This document shows, piece by piece, positions 54,486 through 60,486 of a stretch of DNA of 60,486 nucleotides. The number at the start of each line of letters is the position of its first letter. Within the stretch, counting starts at the first letter, position 1. A program made the translations under genes and the position numbers. This stretch comes from an uncultured Candidatus Saccharibacteria bacterium (GTDB lineage: Bacteria; Patescibacteriota; WWE3; 2-01-FULL-39-13). A model generated the notes under the pieces. The model was not told the DNA's origin, did not search any database, and saw nothing but the letters and a program-made list of their open reading frames with translations. Location: NCBI GenBank assembly GCA_964510925.1, contig CAZEDS010000002.1:32482-92967 (forward strand), written 5' to 3'.

Positions 54486-57400
54486 CTAATTAAATTTCCC
54501 ATTCGAAATATCAAAGAATCGTTCAAAAAATCCAGTCAGTTTATCGATTACTGTTTCTCTCTTTTTTGTGCGATCACCGGTTGGCGAGAAAAGTGACATT
54601 GGAGGCAGTACTTTGGTAATAGCCGTACCGGTTGTCGTTACAGATCCATCCCTAAATGCATTTTTTATGAAATTATATGTTGCTGTTGTATCTAGCGATT
54701 CATTCTTTATAATTGCATCTAACTCTTCGATCTTTTCTTTTTCGATAAAAGTTCGCCAATCATTTTCAATTTCTGAATGAACATCTAAAGTTGATATAAA
54801 TTTGTTAATAAGGTCTTTTTTGTTTCTAAGTTCAACGCTTGAATCTACGGCTTTGTTAATATCTACTAATATTTCTCGGTTTTTTGTGTGGTCTTCGTGA
54901 TATTTTTTAATGAGGCTTAAAATATAATCGATATTAATTTCTATCTGTTTTATTAGTTCCATTTCAAAAATCAGATCATCGTTTATATTTTCCTTTTCTT
55001 CATTTTTTCCTTTTCTAAATTCTTTATAAAGATCAATATAAATGCTGTGATAATCTTGTATATCACGATCTGTTAAGATTTCGTTACCAGTAAATTCATC
55101 AAAGCTTGTTAGTATATTTCTTAATCTCAAAATTGAGTTATACAATTTAATAAAATCTTTTTGATTTTGTTCACCAACAATTCTTTCACCAATTGGAAAT
55201 TTTTGTAAAAGCTCACCTACCAAGCTTGCATAGCCTCGAATATCTTTTTCATCTTCTTTATAACCATTGTAATAATCTGAATAAGATTTAAGCAAAACAA
55301 TACCGCAAGCTTCTTTGTCTCCAAAGAGTGAGATTGAATCGTTTGTTGCTTTTTCTAAATTTCGGAAGCAGACAATATTTCCAAAAGTTTTTACACTATT
55401 TAATATACGATTGGTTCGGGAAAATGCTTGTAATAGACCGTGCATTTGTAAGTTTTTATCTACCCATAAAGTATTAAGCGTCGTCGCATCAAAGCCGGTT
55501 AAAAACATATTAACAACAATCAAAATATCGAGTTCTCGATTTTTAACTCGTTCGCTTACATCTTTATAGTAATTTTGGAATTTATCAGCTGATGTATCAA
55601 ATGAAGTTCCAAACATTTTATTATAATCTTCGATGGCTTTTTCAAGAAAATCTCTTGAACTTGCATCTAAACCGCTCGTATCTTCGGAGTTTTCGTCCGT
55701 CATTCCATCTGAATCTTCATCATTTACTCCAAAACTATAAATAGTTGCGATTTTAAGTTGTTTGTCGCTTGGCACTTGGGCTAATTGATTTTTAAATTCT
55801 GAATAATATTTTTTTGCCATTTCAATTGATGAAACAGCAAATATAGAATTAAAACCTGCAAGTCTACGATCTTTAAGTTGATAGAAAATATTTCGTTTAG
55901 TTTTTTGATCAAAATGTTTTAAGATATAACCTACAATATTTGATAATCTAGCAGGTGAAGATAAAACTGCTTCCCTATCAATATCTTTTATTTGGGCGTC
56001 TTCGATATTTTCCGCTTCACGCACTGTTGATACATAATCAACCTTAAATGGTAAAACATTTTTATCTGCAATTGCATCAACAATTGTATAGGTATGCAAC
56101 TTAGCTCCAAAAGCTTGTTCAGTTGTTTTTAATTGAGACTTACTATTAGATGAAGCATTATTTGCAAATATTGGAGTACCTGTAAAGCCAAAAATATGAT
56201 AATTCTTGAAAGCTTTGGTAATAGCTGTATGCATATTACCAAATTGAGAACGATGGCACTCATCAAAAATTAATACTACATGGCCATTAAAAACAGTATG
56301 TCCAAGATTTTTTGATATAAATCGATCAAGTTTTTGAATTGTTGTGATGATAATTTTCGCGTTTGAGTCTTCAAGCTGTTTCTTTAAGATTGATGTACTT
56401 TTATTACTATTTGCAGCTCCTTTTTCAAACTTATCGTACTCTCTCATTGTTTGGTAATCTAAGTCTTTTCTATCAACTACAAAGATTACCTTATCGATCA
56501 TTTTTAATTTGCTAGCCAATTGAGAGGTTTTAAAACTGGTTAAAGTTTTACCAGAGCCGGTTGTGTGCCAAATATATCCACCGGCATCTACAGTACCAAG
56601 CTTTTTATAATTGGTGCTGATTTCTATTCGATTTAATATTTTTTCGGTTGCAACTATTTGATAAGGCCTCATGACTAAAAGTTGGCGATCAGCAGTAAAT
56701 ACACAGTATTTAGTTAATATATTAAGTAGCGTATGTTTTGCAAAAAAAGTTTTAGCAAAATCTATTAAATCAGTTATTGGCCTATTAGTTTCATCTGCCC
56801 ACCAACTTGTAAATTCAAAACTGTTGCTTGATTGTTTACCTTTTTTTACTTTGGAAGAACCTGATTCTTTAATATGTTGAAAGCGCGTTGTATTACTATA
56901 ATATTTGGTATGAGTACCATTTGAGATAATAAACAATTGAATGTATTCATATAAACCAGATAAAGCCCAAAAGCTTTCGCGCTGATATCTATTAATTTGA
57001 TTAAAAGCCTCTTGGATTGAAACCCCTCGCCTTTTAAGTTCAATATGAACAAGTGGTAAACCATTTACCAAAACAGTTACATCGTAACGATTCGCACGCT
57101 GACCATCTTCGGTTGCATATTGATTAATAACCTGCAAAGTATTGTCGTGAATATTGTTTTTATTTAGAAAATAGATATTTCGTATGAGTCCATTATCAAG
57201 TGTTAAGTTTTTAACATGATCCTCTTGAATAGTTGCTGTTTTGTCTTTAATACTCTGATTTGGATTTGCGATTTCGCCGGTAAAGAATCTATCCCATTCA
57301 CTATCTGTAAAAGTAAAATTATTCAGCTTTTCTAGCTGCTTGCGTAAATTTAAAATTAAATCGGCTTCTGATTTTATCTTAAAAAATTCATAACCTTGGT

Positions 57401-57551
57401 TTTTTAACTGCTCAATAAATTCCTGCTCTAACTCTGATTCGCTCTGATAACCTTTATCACGAACAGATAAAGTATCAGGAAAATACTGTGCGACGACCGT
57501 ACTCTTATTGTTTTGTGCAACAGTTTCATAACCAATAGATTTATTTGCCAT
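54486..57551 (-). CDS. hsdR: Type I restriction endonuclease subunit R (EcoR124I-like)
   Basis: RYDVTVLVNGLPLVHIELK nuclease, HTTGSGKT, DECH, FTGTP, MFLTGFD, QAFSRTNR. Confidence 0.96.
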   Translation of the reverse strand: MANKSIGYETVAQNNKSTVVAQYFPDTLSVRDKGYQSESELEQEFIEQLKNQGYEFFKIKSEADLILNLRKQLEKLNNFTFTDSEWDRFFTGEIANPNQSIKDKTATIQEDHVKNLTLDNGLIRNIYFLNKNNIHDNTLQVINQYATEDGQRANRYDVTVLVNGLPLVHIELKRRGVSIQEAFNQINRYQRESFWALSGLYEYIQLFIISNGTHTKYYSNTTRFQHIKESGSSKVKKGKQSSNSFEFTSWWADETNRPITDLIDFAKTFFAKHTLLNILTKYCVFTADRQLLVMRPYQIVATEKILNRIEISTNYKKLGTVDAGGYIWHTTGSGKTLTSFKTSQLASKLKMIDKVIFVVDRKDLDYQTMREYDKFEKGAANSNKSTSILKKQLEDSNAKIIITTIQKLDRFISKNLGHTVFNGHVVLIFDECHRSQFGNMHTAITKAFKNYHIFGFTGTPIFANNASSNSKSQLKTTEQAFGAKLHTYTIVDAIADKNVLPFKVDYVSTVREAENIEDAQIKDIDREAVLSSPARLSNIVGYILKHFDQKTKRNIFYQLKDRRLAGFNSIFAVSSIEMAKKYYSEFKNQLAQVPSDKQLKIATIYSFGVNDEDSDGMTDENSEDTSGLDASSRDFLEKAIEDYNKMFGTSFDTSADKFQNYYKDVSERVKNRELDILIVVNMFLTGFDATTLNTLWVDKNLQMHGLLQAFSRTNRILNSVKTFGNIVCFRNLEKATNDSISLFGDKEACGIVLLKSYSDYYNGYKEDEKDIRGYASLVGELLQKFPIGERIVGEQNQKDFIKLYNSILRLRNILTSFDEFTGNEILTDRDIQDYHSIYIDLYKEFRKGKNEEKENINDDLIFEMELIKQIEINIDYILSLIKKYHEDHTKNREILVDINKAVDSSVELRNKKDLINKFISTLDVHSEIENDWRTFIEKEKIEELDAIIKNESLDTTATYNFIKNAFRDGSVTTTGTAITKVLPPMSLFSPTGDRTKKRETVIDKLTGFFERFFDISNGKFN

Positions 57552-58716
57552 ATTCCTTAAAACTCAACAACTTATCACGATAATACTCGTACTGTTTTCT
57601 GCGTGCGTCAAGTTCTGCCGGTAAACCGATTGAAATATCGTTTACCAATGCGTCAAATTTATCGAGGATGGAGACGATGCGGGATTGTTCTGGGAGAGAA
57701 GGTAATAAAATTGGATATTTAAGAAACATTGGTCTTCTCAATGAAGAGACAGAAGCATGAACAGAAATTTGTTGTAAATATTTACCAAAGTTAGTCAACA
57801 TATAATGATAGATAAATTTTACATTCACATCCTTATTTGGAACTATACGATAAGCTCGTTGATGTAATGCATATTTGCCATTAGCAAAATGAAAAACCTT
57901 TCCTACACCCACACCATCACCAGCTGTAATAATTGCACTTTCATCGAAATCATAAGTGTTCAGAGATAAGGGTTCTCTACCTCGTGCATAAAAAATATTT
58001 TTACCATTCTCAATTGCCTCTTTTGTATCATGAGATCCTGTACCAATTGTCGCTATATCACCAAGTAATACTTCTTTAGATTCTTTGCTAGAAAAAAGTA
58101 TTCTATCTCGATAATATTCATATTGCACTTTTCTTGTTTCTAGTTCTGTTTCTAGTTCTGTTTCTAGTTCTGTAAAAGTATCAAGGATTTTTACTATTTC
58201 TTCTTGGATGGGTAGAGGTGGAACGGGGATTTTAATTTTTGATAGGTCATTAGCCGAAATATCAATAACTTTTGTCCCTTTTGCAAACTTTGTTTTCTCG
58301 CTGGAAAAGATTGCAGTTTGAAAATAATAAGCTAAGTATTTAGGATTTTCATGATGCCTAAATATAATTGCATGACCACCTGTTACAATCTCATCGTCAC
58401 CGAGCCATGCAACAGCCTTACATACATCCTGAATATTTTCGCTGGTGCTAGTAATTATCAAATCACCTTTTGCTACTTTTTTTAATTTATTAGCGGTTTC
58501 AACAGAAACGAATGATTTAGTTTTTTCTGTGAATGTCCTATAAAAAGTATATATTTGTCCATAATGAATACATCCTACTCCACTTTCAACGAAATCCGTT
58601 TTAGGTAATCCATTACCACGTATTAAATTTCCAACTGATCCGAGTGGTTTATATTCAACACCATTCGGACAAAAGTTATTGATTAATTTTTCGATTTTAT
58701 TTATTTGTTTAGCCAT
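57541..58716 (-). CDS. hsdS: Type I R-M specificity subunit S (type IC-like)
   Basis: Two TRDs; PVPPLPIQEEIVKILD and PSLPEQSRIVSILD; RKxQYEYYRD; TELE repeats. Confidence 0.93.
   Translation of the reverse strand: MAKQINKIEKLINNFCPNGVEYKPLGSVGNLIRGNGLPKTDFVESGVGCIHYGQIYTFYRTFTEKTKSFVSVETANKLKKVAKGDLIITSTSENIQDVCKAVAWLGDDEIVTGGHAIIFRHHENPKYLAYYFQTAIFSSEKTKFAKGTKVIDISANDLSKIKIPVPPLPIQEEIVKILDTFTELETELETELETRKVQYEYYRDRILFSSKESKEVLLGDIATIGTGSHDTKEAIENGKNIFYARGREPLSLNTYDFDESAIITAGDGVGVGKVFHFANGKYALHQRAYRIVPNKDVNVKFIYHYMLTNFGKYLQQISVHASVSSLRRPMFLKYPILLPSLPEQSRIVSILDKFDALVNDISIGLPAELDARRKQYEYYRDKLLSFKEYGK
58135..58173. repeat. 12-bp tandem repeat x3 in the hsdS central conserved region
   Basis: TGTTTCTAGTTC at 58135, 58147, 58159; encodes TELE-TELE-TELE. 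Confidence 0.9.
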
Positions 58717-60188
58717 ATTAACAACTGTATTAGCGAATTAGTTGAGCTCTCTAAATCCTCTTCATTAAATTTTTTATTATGCGTGTTTTCTGGATGATGA
58801 ATTATATTTCTGATATAAGTGGGAAGTGTGGTGTTGTATTCTATGGTATTCCCATCTTTAAGTAACCGTATATATTTTATATCTTTCCCTAATTTGTGAC
58901 TCACGTTTTGAGTCTCCGCTACCAACCAATCATCAAAATTTTTTTCCTCATAATAATTTTCATTCAACAAAGTCGCTTTGGCCTGAATAAACCCATATAG
59001 TTCGTTATGGAATTCAACTGATCCAACACCAAATGCATAATAATTGATTTCGCCCCAAGTCGGGCTCGAATCACCAAAGAGATTTAATTCTTGACTTGGC
59101 GCCACTTTATTTAAACCATTATTCTTTGAAAATATATTTATCGAATGGGTGCCTTTTTTATATTTCCTTAATAAATATGGTGAATGTGTGATGATAAATA
59201 CTTGCGATTTATTCGATATTTTTTCAAGAGCATTTATCAATTTATTTTGTGCTTTAGGATGTAAAAAAGTTTCAGGCTCATCAATGAAAAACATTATTGG
59301 TTTTGAAACCGTCTCAGCGTTAATAGAGGTTATTTCAGCATATACCTGAATAAGCGCAAGTGCTAATGATCTTTGCATACCAGTACCTTTTTCCGCACTT
59401 TTTGTCTCAATTCCACTTTCAGATAACTCTATATTTCCTGTTTTAAAAAAACTCTCTATTTCAGGCAAGGAAAAACTGAATCTAACTTCAGTTTCACCAT
59501 ATTGTTCCGATAAAATTGTTTTTAACTTTTCTTCAACGGGTCTTAAAATCCTACAAATACTTTCTTCACCATCTCCAAACGCTTTTGCATGTGATTCCCT
59601 AAATTCCCTCCATGCTGGAGATTTAGTAAAATCTTTTGTAATGGCATTAATAATTTTCCCGCATATCTTGGTTTTTGAAAAATCTGATACATCATTTGAA
59701 TCGGTATCAGCCCAAACAAATTGAGCATCAAATAATGCGGAAATAGTAGTATCTACCCCCGTGGGATTCTTAAAGTCCCTAGTCGTAGGATTAAAAAACC
59801 GAACATCCGCTATAGATAAGCATCTACTTCTGTTGTTTTGTATAACTTCATCCTCCTTACTAGAACGCATTACACGTATACTTTTTTGACCATCATTATC
59901 AATTACATATGATTGATATTTCTTAAGTCCCACTTTAACAAGAAGATCCTCGATATCATCTCCCTTGAATTCAATTTCTACGGAAACAAAACCTGAACCA
60001 TTAATCTCTGTTTTTGTAATTACCTCTTCTCTTAATTTTTTACTCCGGATAAAATCAATGGCTTCAAAAACTGTCGATTTTCCACAATTGTTATCACCTA
60101 CAAATAGGTTTACACCTTTTTCAAAATCTATTTCATGATCACCCTTATAGCCTTTGAAATTATGAAGTTTGATTTTCGATATATACAT
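58701..60188 (-). CDS. ABC/OLD-type ATPase with C-terminal HEPN-like domain
   Basis: GDNNCGKST, GTGMQR, FIDEPETFLHP, ITHS; no TOPRIM; C-terminal FHNELYG..IRNIIHHPEN (RxxxxH). Confidence 0.75.
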   Translation of the reverse strand: MYISKIKLHNFKGYKGDHEIDFEKGVNLFVGDNNCGKSTVFEAIDFIRSKKLREEVITKTEINGSGFVSVEIEFKGDDIEDLLVKVGLKKYQSYVIDNDGQKSIRVMRSSKEDEVIQNNRSRCLSIADVRFFNPTTRDFKNPTGVDTTISALFDAQFVWADTDSNDVSDFSKTKICGKIINAITKDFTKSPAWREFRESHAKAFGDGEESICRILRPVEEKLKTILSEQYGETEVRFSFSLPEIESFFKTGNIELSESGIETKSAEKGTGMQRSLALALIQVYAEITSINAETVSKPIMFFIDEPETFLHPKAQNKLINALEKISNKSQVFIITHSPYLLRKYKKGTHSINIFSKNNGLNKVAPSQELNLFGDSSPTWGEINYYAFGVGSVEFHNELYGFIQAKATLLNENYYEEKNFDDWLVAETQNVSHKLGKDIKYIRLLKDGNTIEYNTTLPTYIRNIIHHPENTHNKKFNEEDLESSTNSLIQLLIWLNK

Positions 60189-60223
60189 AATTTTTATTTA
60201 TTACCTCAAATATTTAATCATTT

Positions 60224-60486
60224 TCATTCACTTAACTTTTTTGTAACATTCTTCTCCACTTTCTTAATATTCTCCAAATATTCTTTTTCCACCTCAGATA
60301 ATGTTTTTGTCTGGTATTTTTTATATTCTGTGTGGGCTTTTGCTTCGGCTTCAATTTTGCTAATTGTGCCAGCATCTTTTAGAACTTTTCTGTCCATCGA
60401 AGCAATAAGATTATCTAATTGGTTGAGGTAATCTTGCATGTGTGTTTCTTTTTGATCTAAGGCTCTTAATTCTGCTATATCAAAAT
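60224..60486 (-). CDS. RhuM-family protein, C-terminal part (continues beyond the window)
   Basis: Frame open to the edge: FDIAELRALDQKETHMQDYLNQLD..AGTISKIEAEAKAHTEYKKY. Confidence 0.75.
   Translation of the reverse strand, partial: FDIAELRALDQKETHMQDYLNQLDNLIASMDRKVLKDAGTISKIEAEAKAHTEYKKYQTKTLSEVEKEYLENIKKVEKNVTKKLSE

Larger units (their letters stand above)
44150..60486. mobile_element. Putative genomic/defence island downstream of tRNA-Glu (right end outside the window)
   Basis: tRNA with att-like repeat, IS remnant, visibly AT-richer DNA with ATA/AGA-rich codons, R-M genes; no integrase in the window. Confidence 0.55.

Noticed and set aside
60135-60431. 98-aa plus-strand ORF
   Set aside because: Antisense to the RhuM frame and the ATPase start; low complexity.

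Overview
AT-rich bacterial chromosomal window; gene content and style (cohesin/dockerin surface proteins, Pro-Thr linkers, many ORFans, mostly SD-less starts) suggest Patescibacteria/CPR, probably Microgenomates- or WWE3-like (inference). Genetic code 11 fits. 1-12.5 kb: housekeeping genes (uvrB, lexA, dedA, rsmI, gpm, enolase, ppsA, phosphomannomutase) with REPIN-like palindromes and a candidate structured RNA. 12.7-33.5 kb: surface and glycan genes (PIG-L deacetylase, giant beta-propeller protein, GT2 synthase + GH26, coupled dockerin enzyme + cohesin scaffold, TerC, SulP). 33.7-44 kb: ORFans, a GIY-YIG gene among three tRNA-Lys(UUU) copies, a Cfr-clade radical-SAM rRNA methyltransferase, capA, FNR, msrAB, tRNA-Glu. 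From tRNA-Glu to the end: a visibly AT-richer island with an IS3 remnant, an 11-gene nucleotide/sugar-phosphate enzyme cluster (NTase, APH kinase, GT2, NDK-like, ASCH, PRTase, HAD, TrpF-Rpe fusion, Ppx/GppA, SDR, NDT-RHH) and a type IC-like R-M locus carrying an ABC-ATPase/HEPN-like gene and rhuM. The 11-gene cluster is the best candidate for an undescribed system. All family calls come from motif recognition by eye; no searches were run.
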